Origin: an uncultured Chlamydiae bacterium
Lineage (GTDB): Bacteria > Chlamydiota > Chlamydiia > Chlamydiales > SM23-39
DNA: 64,000 bases
Direction: 5' to 3'
Assembly: GCA_963828125.1 (NCBI GenBank)
Contig: CAWHDP010000002.1
Span: 800,001 to 864,000 of the forward strand
Shown here: piece after piece, positions 40,507-52,171 of the stretch
How the letters are laid out: the number at the start of each line of letters is the position of its first letter
How positions within the stretch are numbered: the stretch's first letter is position 1
Translations under genes and position numbers: made by a program
The notes under the pieces: generated by a model
What the model saw: the letters and a program-made list of their open reading frames with translations, nothing else
What the model was told of the DNA's origin: nothing
Databases searched by the model: none

Positions 40507-43500
40507 ATGCCCGTTCCTTTCAGTATTTTGTTTTTTTCTGTGTTGGCGTCGCTCGGTTATGCAACTGCCTACACATGGAATAACACAGGCGATGGAAATT
40601 GGACCGCTTCAGCCAATTGGACTCCCTCGGGGTTTCCCGACAGCTTTAGCGATACGGCTCTACTCGGTTCGAGCATCACATCTCCAAGCACTGTACAAAT
40701 CACCGAAAACATCTCTGTCGAGCAACTCGTGTTCGATAATGATACGAACGGATACACAATTTCCAGTTCGGATCCCTCTTTTTCTCTCTCATTGGGCGCT
40801 TTAGGAATCACCGTTACAGGCGATCACACCATTTCTTGTCCTCTGACGACCCAAAACACATCCACCCCGCTCATCCTAAACGCCGGAGGCTCTGGGGGAT
40901 CTTTGATATTGACCGGTTCAAGCAGCTACAGCGCTATGACCACTCTCAACGGAGGGTCTTTGGTGGCCGATAGTAATTTCACCCTCTCGTTTTCTTCAGC
41001 CGTACAGATGAACAATTCATCTATTCTGCACGTAAATTATCCCAATACGATTTATAGCCTTTCAGGTACGAGCGGCGCCACTGTTCAATTGACAACGTTT
41101 GGCGCCCTGGCCCTTTTACACGACAGCTCTTTTGCGGGGCAAATACAAGGCGCAGGCTTTCTGCAGATCACCGGAGGCAACACTGAGCTGTCCAATACAA
41201 ATACTTATACAGGCGGCACCGGAATCGCTAGTTCGACCCTTACGCTCACTGGGGATGGATCTCTGTCGCCGGTCGGCAATGTGGATCTTTTTTTGGGGGC
41301 GCTTGACATTTCCAATATTGGAGGGGACTCCGCTTCCTTGGGAAGTATCTCGGGCATAGGAACGATTACCTTAGGCGATAAAAATCTAACGCTGCTGCCC
41401 GACCTCTCCTATACATTTAACGGAGACATCCTGGGTACTGGCTCAGTGACTCTGAATGGGACAGGAACGGAGATTTTTTCTGGCTCCAATTCTTATTCCG
41501 GAACCACTTCGATTTTGCAAGGGACGCTTGAATCGGCGTCGGCAACGGGTCTTGCCTCTACCTCTCCTTTTGAGATCAGTTCGGCCGCTACATTGCTCCT
41601 CAGCAACGTTTCGAACACGATCGGAAGTCTCTCAGGCGCTGGAACGATTACTTTGGCAGGCTCAAGTATCCTCACGATCACAAATGGAGGATCGTTTACA
41701 GGCAACATAGGCGGCAGCGGGGGGATCGCTGTGACGAATGGATCGCTCGCACTGAATCCGTCAAGCGCAAATACCTACTCTGGGCCTACAGAGCTAAACG
41801 GAACCGTCATCCTCGCGCCCCAAGCAGACAATGCCCTCTCTCCCAATTCTTCTCTCGCTTTAGCGGAAAATTCGGTATTGAATCTATCTACTTTTTCCAA
41901 TGCGATCGGGCAGCTGAATGGGACGAGCGGAACATCCGTTGTAGGGAGTTTCCCTTGCACGCTGACAATCAATAGCGGCGGCGCCTATTCCGGCTCGATA
42001 GGGACCGATCTAAATCTCGAATTGACTGGAGGCAATTTCACTTTAAGTGCAACAGCCGGTCAAATTGTCTATACCGGAACCACCCAGATTGGAGGATCCG
42101 CCACTTTAACGGCCGGGGCGACCGACGCGCTCGCCCCAGGCTCCGATTACACTGTCTATGGAACCCTCGATATTGATTCCTTTTCGAATAGCATCAACAA
42201 TTTACAAGGAACTGGAACGGTGAGTCTCGGAAGCGCCGTTTTGACCGTGTCAAACGGAGGGAGCTTTTCAGGTGCTATCAACGATGGAGGATCTGGGGGT
42301 GGATTGACTATTTCTGCAGAGGCTTTAACCCTGAACGGCACAAGTTCCTATTCAGGCGCCACCTCGATTCAATTGGGGGCGACGCTTCAAGCAGGATCTA
42401 CCACAGCGTTCGCCCATCACTCCCCTTTCCTCATCGACGGAACCCTCAATTTGGCTAGCTACTCAAACCAGGTGGGAAGTATTGCAGGGACAGGAACAAT
42501 GACCCTTGAGTCAGCCACACTGACCGTCGCAAATGGGTCTGACGGAGGGGCCTTCTCAGGCGGGATCACCGGGAGCGGAGAGCTTACCTTATCGAACGGA
42601 GTCCTGACTCTTAGCAACTCTACTGGAGCGAATTCCTATTCAGGCGCTACCAGTATCGTCGATGCGACCCTCCAGTCGGGCGCGCCGAATTCATTCTCTC
42701 CCAATACTCCGATCACCCTGTCAAACGCTTCGATTCTGGATCTCAATGGAAATAGCAACGCGATATTGAGCCTTGCCAGCTCCTCGTCCATGAGCCAAGT
42801 CACTCTCGGAGGCGGAACCTTGACGATCAATGGAGGGGCAACGGAGATCTTCGCAGGCTCCATCACAGACGCCCCTTGCGGAGGGTTGACAATCGCCGGA
42901 GGAACCACCCTCACCTTGACCGGCAGCGGCAACAATTACTGTGGCAATACATCGGTTGAAGAGGGCGCTTTGAACATCAACGGAACCGGAGCCTTATCCC
43001 CCACAACCAACGTCATTGTTTCGCCCGAGGGGCTCTTGCATATCGAAGGGATCGATTCAGTCAATACTGCCGTCAGTATCGCAAATAGCGGAACGGTTGC
43101 AATCGATAGTACCAATCTGCTCACTCTGACGACATTGCAGCAGGAGGCAATGAACTTTTCCAATACAGGCTCTTTGTCAGTGAATCAGTCGACTCTATCG
43201 GGAGGGACATTCACCAACGCAAATCCCGGATCGTCCGCTGCCTTCGCAGGAACTGGAGCCAACGCATTGATTGCGATCGACGGAGCGTCCGTCGTGAACG
43301 GCACGACGGCTATTGCCGATGAGAGTACTATCGGAAACATAAGTACTGCGATCTCCTTTTCAAGCGGAAGCCTCCGCAATAATGCCAACATCGTCGCCGC
43401 CACTTACACCCAAACAGGCGGTACGCTCAATTCCATCTTTTCGACGTCGACCCCACAGTTCGGTACAGTCGCCACATCGGGAAATCTCACTCAGGGAGGA

Positions 43501-46340
43501 ACCTTTCAGGTGACCCGCGACACAGGTTCATTTGACCAGCCCACGCAAGCAGCCTATGTCGTTTTGAGTACGACGCAGCCAGGAATTATCGTAGGCTCTT
43601 TTGCAAGCGAAACATCCCTGGGATTCGACCCGGCGCCCCGGTTTATCCAGTCGCTGAGGACGGTAACGGTTGCCTTTGGCACTTGCAATGGGGAATGGGA
43701 GGCTTTGACCTCTGGCAACTGGGCAGATGGTTCGAATTGGACCTGCGTCCCGGGCACAACGGGAAACGTGAACGATACAGCCAGTTTCGCAAATTATGGA
43801 GGGACGCTCGGAGAAAATATCACAGTGCTTCTCAGCACTGGAATGGACGCCGATCAATCGGTCACTCTGGAACAAATGATATTTGGCCCGACGGGAAACA
43901 CATCGGCCAACTACACGATTCTTCAAAATTCGAGTGCAAGCACCATCACGTTCGATTCGAATGCGACAGTAGGGCCGCAGCCCAATGCCGTCATTCAGGT
44001 CTCATCAGGCGCTCCCACAATCAATGCGCCGATTATTTTGGACGGAGACACAGATCTCCTTTTAGCCGATGGAACGATGATGACCTTTGGCCCCGACACA
44101 ACCCTCTCATCCAGCAGCGGCCAGGTGTTCACCGTCGCCAATTTGAATAATGCACCTCTTGGAACCGGAACCCTTTTCATCAACACGAGCCTTGCTCCCG
44201 CAGAATTTCTTCTCGATTCGGCCACAGTCCAAAACAGCGGCGCGATCCAAACCCAATTGTTCAGCGTGACGAGCTCCCAAGTAGGCGGAGTCCCTTTGAA
44301 CTCCTATTTTTATAATGAAGATATCAATACAGAAGTAGAAGTCACGGGAGACGGGGGGATCATTATTCTTGGGGGGCTGGGGAATACAAATGTAACTAAC
44401 TCAGGTTCAAATAGTTCGATCACCGCACAAGGAAATTCAAGCGGGATCGTGATTGGCAGTTCATTGACCGGTTCTTTGCGAGGCGCAACGGTTGTATCCA
44501 ATGAGGGGACTGGGTCTGTGATTGCACTCAGCGGCATTGACGCGAGCTTCCTGATTTCGGCAGATGGGTATACGACCGTTCAAAATATAGGCGCCGGCAG
44601 CTTTATGGGAATCACGGGGAGTTCGGGCCTGTTCGTGATCGAAGGGGACGCGACCCGGGGGATACCGGAGGCGTTACGACCGTGTATAACAGCCTGCCAG
44701 GAACCGTCATGGGAACGACCGGGATTGGCGGGAGGATCAATATCACCGGGGGAACCCTTTACAATCAGTTAGGCGCCCTATTTCAAGCTGGCGCCGGCGG
44801 TTCGATTCAGATGCAAGGAGGACAAGTCATCAACGATCTGGTCAGCACCTTTGGAACCTCTTCCGCATCGATCAACCTTTCAGGAGGAACTCTTGAAACA
44901 GCTGGGGCCGTCATAGCCAGCAGCTACGTTCAGACGAGCGGCTCCACTTTACAAATCGATGTGACAACGCTTCCTGGCGTCTATGGAACAGTGGAGACCC
45001 CTGGGACAGCCCAAATTGCGAGTTCTTTGATCGTCAACGCATTGCCTGGCTGCCATCTCGCCCCTGGCGACACTGCAGACCTGGTGGTGGCCCAAAGAGG
45101 GGTCACAGGAACTTTTGCCGACGTCAACTTTGTGAACTTCCCCAATACCCTCATTCCCCAGCTGCAATATCTCAGCACAGCCGTTCAGCTGACGCTAGCC
45201 CCAACACTCACCCCCACAACTTCGGGCTCATTGCCGACCGTCTCCATCGCAGATGTGAGCGAGATCAATTTTAGGGTCGAAAGGACGCTCGATTCGCTCC
45301 ACCGCCAGATGATGCGCAAGAAGAAAAAACAGAGCGCGGAAAATCAGGTAAAAGGCGAGCTCTTAGAGCCGCCGGATAGTTCAGGGCTTCTTGCGGCAAG
45401 CGGCCTTGAGCAAGAAAACATCGAGCGGAAATTATTCCAGCAAAAAGGGGAAATAGAAGCGGGACGATTCGACACTCCCTGGAGGCTTTATGCGGGGCCG
45501 ATCGCCTCTTTAACGCAATTTGAAACTCAAGGAACCTCCCAAGTAGGGTTTGGATCCCGCAGTGCGGGGATCTTTACCGGATTCGACTACCTCTCCGCAG
45601 CGCTTGGAGGGGGTTTTGCATTTCAGTATGCCTATACGTCAGCTCTCGATAAAAAACACTTCGGCCATTTTCACACCCATTCCGTTCACGGTTCGGCCTA
45701 CGGGATCTGGGTTCCCCCTTCCATGAACGCCTTATCCGTCTATACAATTTTAGGAGGCGGCTACGCTAGATACAAGATCCATAGAAACGGAGGGCCCGCA
45801 CCGAGGGAGGCCGTTGCAATCGGAGCGCCTAAAGGGATCGAAGCAGACGCTGCTTTGGGGACAGAATTCACATTCTCCAACCCGTTTTTTCCATCGATCC
45901 CCGTGAATTTGAGCATGACGCCCCTTGTCAACTTGCAATATGTTTGGAATCAGATTGATGCTTATAGAGAACGAGGCGCTGGAGCCTACGATTTACAAGT
46001 CGCGACGCAAATCGCAACATCTTTGAGTACCTTACTCGGCTCGCGTCTCAATTACAAGATCGAATCAGAAACTGTTGCATTCAATGCAGAATTTGACTTT
46101 GGTTGGAACCGCGAGTATCTCAATTCGAATCGGCAGCTCTCCTTTTCGACCGTGAATCTGCCGACGTCAATCGCCGTTTCTGAGACGGTTTTTGGCCCTG
46201 GCCGCAATGCGCTTTGGCTGGGGATCGACCTATTTTTGACGGCGTATAAGAGCTTTCAATTCGAAGTGAGCGCCGATTTGCTTTGGAATTCCAAGTATAA
46301 TCAGAATTCCTTCTATTTGGGAGTAGGCGGCCTATTTTAG
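40507..46340 (+). CDS. large autotransporter (type Va) with passenger beta-strand repeats; frameshift at 44654-44661
   Basis: Signal peptide, repeated G.G...L.G.N.YSG.T.I..GTL units, C-terminal beta-barrel ending YLGVGGLF; ORFs 40507-44772 and 44682-46340 fuse with +1 base in CCCGGGGG. Confidence 0.85.
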
Positions 46341-46466
46341 CCCGCATTTCTCACACAGACGCGAGAAAAGGTACTCAAGATGTTACGCCAGATTTTGCAA
46401 ATTAGGGATCGTCAAGAGGGAGTTTCGCAACTCCCTTTAACTGGACATTGGCCCATGTCCAGTTTA
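46338..46466. repeat. mosaic repeat cluster: family B left part (46338-46402), hairpin (46417-46436), family A palindrome (46439-46464)
   Basis: TAGCCCGCATTTCTCACACAGACGCG...GCAAAT; AGGGAGTT-TCGC-AACTCCCT; AACTGGACAT-TGGCCC-ATGTCCAGTT; contains stop codons of both convergent genes. Confidence 0.85.
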
Positions 46467-47039
46467 TTTGTGGTAATAATATTCAGGGTGGAATCCGTGA
46501 AGTCCATGATACGTAGCGTCACATACATAGTTCCATAGCCAATTTATACCACCTGACGGCGTCTGCTGCTGCGACTGATTCGCAAGGATCTGCTGTATAT
46601 GCGTTGCCATCTGATCTATTTTGACCAGCGCACGCTGTAATTCCTGAGATAGTTTCTGAACCTCTCCCCTTTCTATATTAAGCTGGTCCCTGAGGGCCCG
46701 AATCTCTTTCAATCCCGCTTCAACCTGCGCAGCGCTTTGCTTTTGTAACCGCTGAGAGTCGCGAAGCTCATCCTCTTTTTTCTGCAACGATCCGCTTAAA
46801 TCGTTAACTTGCCGATTGAGTACAACAATCTGCTGCTTCAACGCTTCTTGCCTCTTCCGCTCTTCAAATATCTGATTCTCATGTCCTTGCGCTGCTTGGT
46901 GTCCCTCTATTTTGGATTGCTGTATCTGTTGTTGAAGCTCCCTCACGCGCTTCGCTAAAGCCGCTGTATTTTGACTCTCTGGGTCAATCGCCTGCGATTG
47001 GGGCGGAGTGCCCACTAGCCAACTTATGAAAGATGCCAT
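46464..47039 (-). CDS. coiled-coil hypothetical protein
   Basis: ATG 47039 after AAGGAG; Gln/Glu/Lys heptads; aromatic termini. Confidence 0.65.
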   Translation of the reverse strand: MASFISWLVGTPPQSQAIDPESQNTAALAKRVRELQQQIQQSKIEGHQAAQGHENQIFEERKRQEALKQQIVVLNRQVNDLSGSLQKKEDELRDSQRLQKQSAAQVEAGLKEIRALRDQLNIERGEVQKLSQELQRALVKIDQMATHIQQILANQSQQQTPSGGINWLWNYVCDATYHGLHGFHPEYYYHK

Positions 47040-47040
47040 G

Positions 47041-47946
47041 TTATACTCCTTGTCCCAAAGACCTGTGAAGATCCGTGAGAATCCGTTGTAAGCTCCCAAT
47101 CGGAACTGCAGCCAGACTATCCTGCGGCACTGTCTTCTGCGCGATCTCTAGCCTGTTCATCGCCGTCTTCATCTGCTCGACCAATATCTGCCCCAGCCCT
47201 TCACCAGATCCATTCTTCTGCCCAGATTCTGTCTTCTTGATCGCCTTTTGTTGAGTTAACTGAACTTCAAAGTCCTTCGCCGCCTGCTGAGCTTGGGACA
47301 ATTCGCTCTGTAAGCCTTTATTTTGCTCTAACACTTGATGCAACTGTTTGTTTAATGCACCCAACTGCTGCTTCGCATCTTCTAGTTGCTGTTTCAAACC
47401 CCGGTTTTCTCCGACCACTAGATCGCGATACTCCGCCACAGCCGTCTCGCTTTGCACCACATTTTTCTCCTGGAGAACCGCTTTGCTGCGCGCCTCTTCA
47501 GCCCGCGCGCACGCCTGACGGCACTGCTGATTTTCTTGGCGCAGCTGCGCGCACTCAGTTTGAATACGGTCGTAGTCCCCTTCTTTAAACTGAATATTGG
47601 CAATCTGCAGCGCCAACGCTTCGACAGTTCTCCGATTTTCCTGCTGACTCCACCCCTCTTTCAGCGACTGCCAGACTCCGCAAACGCGTAAGAATACGTT
47701 CTCTACTCTCGGCCCTAATGAGGGGTGGATCCACTCCAACACCCGGAAGGCCAGTAGCCCAAGCATCCCCCCAGTACTCTGAAGAGCCCCGCTGAGCCCG
47801 TTCCACACAGACGCAAGACCACCCCATATAGCCCTCCAAATACGAATGGCCAAATCTTTAAGCCGCTGCATCCACCCCTTAGTTTCTCTACCCCGAAGTT
47901 CAGAGGGCAAAGAAGACGCAACACTTGATGACTGAATACCTTGCAC
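47041..47946 (-). CDS. coiled-coil protein with Ser-rich N-terminus and amphipathic/hydrophobic segment, candidate effector
   Basis: GGAGG RBS, MQGIQSSSVASS, Trp-rich amphipathic helices, long coiled coil. Confidence 0.7.
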   Translation of the reverse strand: MQGIQSSSVASSLPSELRGRETKGWMQRLKDLAIRIWRAIWGGLASVWNGLSGALQSTGGMLGLLAFRVLEWIHPSLGPRVENVFLRVCGVWQSLKEGWSQQENRRTVEALALQIANIQFKEGDYDRIQTECAQLRQENQQCRQACARAEEARSKAVLQEKNVVQSETAVAEYRDLVVGENRGLKQQLEDAKQQLGALNKQLHQVLEQNKGLQSELSQAQQAAKDFEVQLTQQKAIKKTESGQKNGSGEGLGQILVEQMKTAMNRLEIAQKTVPQDSLAAVPIGSLQRILTDLHRSLGQGV

Positions 47947-48123
47947 TTATACCTCCACTCTTTTTTTTCTTGACTAAGGATAGTAAATAATTCTTTTGTT
48001 TTTTGTAAAGAAAATTTTAATTTACGTCTATCCCAATATATGAGAGGCGCCCATACAGGTGTTAAAACTTATACTTAAAATAAACTAATTAATTTGGTAT
48101 AATGAATATATTATGAGCATGCT

Positions 48124-49416
48124 ATGATAATAGAAACGGTTTCTAACAATATAGAAAAAACAGTCCGGAGCTTCGAAGAGGTGTGCGACAACCGTCTTTT
48201 CTATAAAATCGGCATCCTCGTCCTCTCCGTCCTATTCCTCCCTCTAGGGATTTTTTTCGGTTATTGCTACTGCTCCCACCGGCAAACATGCATTAAGGAA
48301 CTCACGACTGTCGTAAAAGACAATCCTTCAACGATCGATCGTAAAACAAAAGATCTGGCAGCTAGAACACTGTTAAAATATATGACTCCCAGCGATCTCT
48401 CTAAACAAGGGATTAACAAGGCCGATCTGCAACGGATCAAAGCTCGCAATCACGAGGAGGGGGTATGTACGTTTAATGAAGAGGAATTGCACGAAGCAAT
48501 CCGAGACCATATTGTATTAGATAACGGACGGTTCAATGGGTTTACCCGTTGGATGAGACAAAGGACCCAGTTTCACTGGAGCAATAGTTCCATTCATAAC
48601 CACCTCACTCGAAATATTGATCCAGAATACCGAGAGCATCATAATAAATATTTGCAATCGATAGGATTTACCCTATTAGACAACAATGGGAAGATCTTGA
48701 CTCACCCTAACCTTGGGAATTGGGTTCTGAAGGGAGGAGCCGATTATGATCAGCTAGTGGGTCGAAACAGAAGCAATGCCATGAGAGTTGTCTATGCGGA
48801 TCAAATGGGTAAAATCATCGATGAAGAGGGGCTGAATGTACTCAAAGTCCCCCAGAAAAAATTGATCCCCAGTGGAATGGATACAGGGACAGTTCACGAT
48901 GATTTTTATGTGATCGCAGAAAAACTTGATCTACTCGACAAAGAGGAGACCCAGAGAGCTATAGAAAATCTGCCGGAGGCGGAACAACAGACTCTGGCGT
49001 GTCAACTGTGCCGCTTGATTGCGCTCAGCTCTTTTGAGGATTGTACTTTTGAAAATATGCGCATGGTTCGAGGGACGAATACAATCGCCGTCATCGACAC
49101 AGAATCGCGCGATGGACCCTATTTTTACGAACCTGACGACAAGCCCCTTCCTTATCACGCCAAAAAACACCGATCTTCGGTTTTGATTGCGAAAAAAGGT
49201 CTCGAGAACTTGAATCATTGTTTAGATCATGCTTTTACAGCACAATCTGTGCGAAATATTTTTAGACAGGCCATTCAGGCAGAGATCGAGCGGTTCGATC
49301 AAAGGGGCGCCAAGGGAAACTCATCCCCTTCCACTACACGAAGTCTTTCAACCTCTGGGTCAAATCCTTCAACTCCTGCCACACCCGCTCGGGCATCCGG
49401 TTACGAAACAGAGTAA
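48124..49416 (+). CDS. membrane-anchored atypical protein-kinase-like protein
   Basis: TM ([18 protein letters not shown]), [24 protein letters not shown]. Confidence 0.55.
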   Translation: MIIETVSNNIEKTVRSFEEVCDNRLFYKIGILVLSVLFLPLGIFFGYCYCSHRQTCIKELTTVVKDNPSTIDRKTKDLAARTLLKYMTPSDLSKQGINKADLQRIKARNHEEGVCTFNEEELHEAIRDHIVLDNGRFNGFTRWMRQRTQFHWSNSSIHNHLTRNIDPEYREHHNKYLQSIGFTLLDNNGKILTHPNLGNWVLKGGADYDQLVGRNRSNAMRVVYADQMGKIIDEEGLNVLKVPQKKLIPSGMDTGTVHDDFYVIAEKLDLLDKEETQRAIENLPEAEQQTLACQLCRLIALSSFEDCTFENMRMVRGTNTIAVIDTESRDGPYFYEPDDKPLPYHAKKHRSSVLIAKKGLENLNHCLDHAFTAQSVRNIFRQAIQAEIERFDQRGAKGNSSPSTTRSLSTSGSNPSTPATPARASGYETE

Positions 49417-51079
49417 AATAGGCGGCGAGTTCTTCGGTCTCTTGCAGCCAGGCGACTGGGTCGATGGCGAAGAGGGGCGCGGGATCGACGTCAAGTCCGC
49501 TGAGATCGAGAGTCGTGGGTAGGTAGCCGATGGGGCTCTTCTCGGCGGGGGCGTTGTTCGAGGTCCGCTCGAAGATCCATTTGAGGATGCGGCAATTTTC
49601 ACTGTATCCGGGCCAAAGATAGTTTCCACGGCTGTCTTTCCGAAACCAATTGACATAATAAATGCGGGGCAATTTGTCTGACCGTTTCCCCATATCGAGC
49701 CAGTGAGCGAAGTAGTCGCCCATATTGTAGCCGCAAAAAGGGAGCATAGCGAAGGGGTCGTGGCGGAGTTTGCCGATCTCGCCTTTGGCGGCAGCGGTCA
49801 TTTCGGAGGAGACGCTGGCGCCAAGGAAGACTCCGTGCTGCCAGCTGAACGATTCATAGACGAGGGGGACGACGGAGTGCCGTCTCCCTCCAAAAATGAG
49901 GGCGGAGATGGGGACTCCTTTCGGATCGTCTGCTTTGGGGTCGTAGATGGGCGACTGACAGGCAGGGACAGTGAATCGGGAATTGGGGTGGGCGGCCGGT
50001 TTGCCCGATCGGGGATCCCAGATCTTCCCGAGCCAAGAGATGAGGCCAGGAGGCGGCGGCACGTCGATCCCTTCCCACCAAACATCCTGATCAGGAGTGA
50101 AGGCGACGTTGGTAAAGATCGTATTTCTGGCAATCGTCCGCATGGCATTGGGGTTGGTCTTCATCGAAGTGCCCGGAGCGACGCCAAAATAGCCGGCTTC
50201 TGGATTGATGGCATAGAGTCTGCCGTCAGCGCCCAGATGCATCCAGGCGATGTCATCGCCTACACACTCGACTTTCCAGCCGGGTAGAGTGGGAGTCAGC
50301 ATGGCGAGATTGGTCTTGCCGCAGGCGCTGGGGAATGCGGCGGCGATGTATTTTTTTTCGCCCTGCGGACTGGTGAGTCCGAGGATCAGCATATGCTCGG
50401 CCAGCCACCCTTCATCTCTGCCGAGGACGCTTGCGATCCGGAGAGCCAAACATTTTTTTCCGAGAAGGGCGTTGCCGCCGTAGCCGCTCCCATAAGACCA
50501 GATCGACCGCTCTTCGGGGAAATGGGCGATCACCCTCTCCTTTGGGTTGCAGGGCCAGCGGAGATCTTTCTCCCCTTTCTTCAGCGGGACGCCAACCGAG
50601 TGGACGCCGGGGACAAAGTCCCCTTTTAGATGGACAAGAGCCGCTTTCCCCATGCGGGTCATCAGTTTCATGTTGAGGACGACGTAGGGCGAATCGGTGA
50701 TCTCAAAGCCGATTTTGGCATGAGCCGAGCCGAGAGGACCCATGCAATACGGGACGACATACATCGTCCTCCCCTCCATACATCCCCCGAAGAGGGTGCG
50801 GAGTCGCGCGTGCATTGCGGCGGGATCGAGCCAATTGTTGGTAGGGCCGGCGTCCTCTTTTCGCTGCGAACAGATGAAAGTGCTCTCCTCGACGCGGGCC
50901 ACATCATCGGGATCGGAATGGCACCAAAAACTGTCAGGCCGCCTGAGAGGAACCAGCGTCCCTCTAGCCACCATTTCCGCCGCAATGTCCCGATATTCTT
51001 CGTCGGAACCGTCGCAAAAATGGACGCGCCGAGGGCGGCAAAGAGCCTCCATCTCACCGATCCAAACTTGATACTCCAT
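49334..51079 (-). CDS. pckG: phosphoenolpyruvate carboxykinase (GTP)
   Basis: [56 protein letters not shown]. Confidence 0.96.
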   Translation of the reverse strand: MEYQVWIGEMEALCRPRRVHFCDGSDEEYRDIAAEMVARGTLVPLRRPDSFWCHSDPDDVARVEESTFICSQRKEDAGPTNNWLDPAAMHARLRTLFGGCMEGRTMYVVPYCMGPLGSAHAKIGFEITDSPYVVLNMKLMTRMGKAALVHLKGDFVPGVHSVGVPLKKGEKDLRWPCNPKERVIAHFPEERSIWSYGSGYGGNALLGKKCLALRIASVLGRDEGWLAEHMLILGLTSPQGEKKYIAAAFPSACGKTNLAMLTPTLPGWKVECVGDDIAWMHLGADGRLYAINPEAGYFGVAPGTSMKTNPNAMRTIARNTIFTNVAFTPDQDVWWEGIDVPPPPGLISWLGKIWDPRSGKPAAHPNSRFTVPACQSPIYDPKADDPKGVPISALIFGGRRHSVVPLVYESFSWQHGVFLGASVSSEMTAAAKGEIGKLRHDPFAMLPFCGYNMGDYFAHWLDMGKRSDKLPRIYYVNWFRKDSRGNYLWPGYSENCRILKWIFERTSNNAPAEKSPIGYLPTTLDLSGLDVDPAPLFAIDPVAWLQETEELAAYFTLFRNRMPERVWQELKDLTQRLKDFV

Positions 51080-51081
51080 AT

Positions 51082-52171
51082 TCAAAGCGATTTTTTCTTC
51101 TTGAATTTATCGAGGTATTCGAGAGCCTTGCCTGTACCCAGGCAAACGGCGAGGAGCGGATTGGGGGCGACGAAGACGGGAAGGCCGGTCTCTTTAATCA
51201 ACGCCTTGTCGAGTCCTTTCATCAAAGCGCCGCCGCCGGCGAGAACCATCCCCCGCTCGACGAGATCGGCGGCCAGTTCCGGGGGACACTTTTCGAGGGT
51301 GAGCTTGACGCTTTCGATGATCTGCTGAATCGGCTCAGCCAAGCATTCGCGGATTTCGACCGAATTGATCCGTTTAGTAATGGGAAGTCCAGCGACCTGG
51401 TCTCTTCCGCGCACCTCCATCTCGAGTTCGTTATTGCCCAGCGGATAGGCGGAGCCGATGGTCATCTTGATCTCTTCCGCCGTTCGCGGTCCGATCATCA
51501 GATTATAGGTGCGGCGCATGTAATTCATGATGCAGTCGTCAAACTCATCGCCTGCGATCCGGAGCGAGCGGGATTCGACAATGCCCCCGAGCGAAATGAT
51601 GGCGATTTCGGTGGTGCCGCCGCCGATGTCGATGATCATGTTGCCAGAGGGTTCATGGACAGGAAGATCGACGCCGATCGCAGCCGCCATGGGCTCTTCG
51701 ATCAGGATCACCTCTTTGGCCCCTGCATGGAGGGCAGAGTCTTCGACAGCCCTTTTCTCAACGCCTGTAATCCCCGATGGGACAGCGATCAAAATCCGAG
51801 GGCGAAATAGGCTGCGGGCGGGGGTGACCCGCTTAAGGAGGGCTTTAATCATCCCCTCGGCGACTTCAAAGTCGGCAATCACGCCGTCTTTCATGGGGCG
51901 AACCGCGTGGATTTTACGGGGAGTTTTGCCAAGCATCGCCTTCGCCTTGTGGCCGACGGCGAGCACTTCATTGGTGAGAGAATCGACGGCGACGACCGAT
52001 GGTTCGGCGAGGACGATCCCCTTGCCGCGCACATAGACGAGGGTATTGGCGGTCCCGAGGTCGATGCCGATATCGCTAGAAAAAATGCCAGATAAGTCGG
52101 TTGAACTTTTTGCTGCAGAGGCTACGAAGGCGTTTCAGGGTTAAGATCGCCCGATCAGCGGTTTTATTCAT
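51082..52171 (-). CDS. mreB: rod shape-determining protein MreB (one extra base near 52090-52110)
   Basis: [10 protein letters not shown] lies upstream of the ORF-track start; ATG at 52171 overlaps the snf2 stop; span 1090 nt = 3n+1; [15 protein letters not shown]. Confidence 0.93.
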
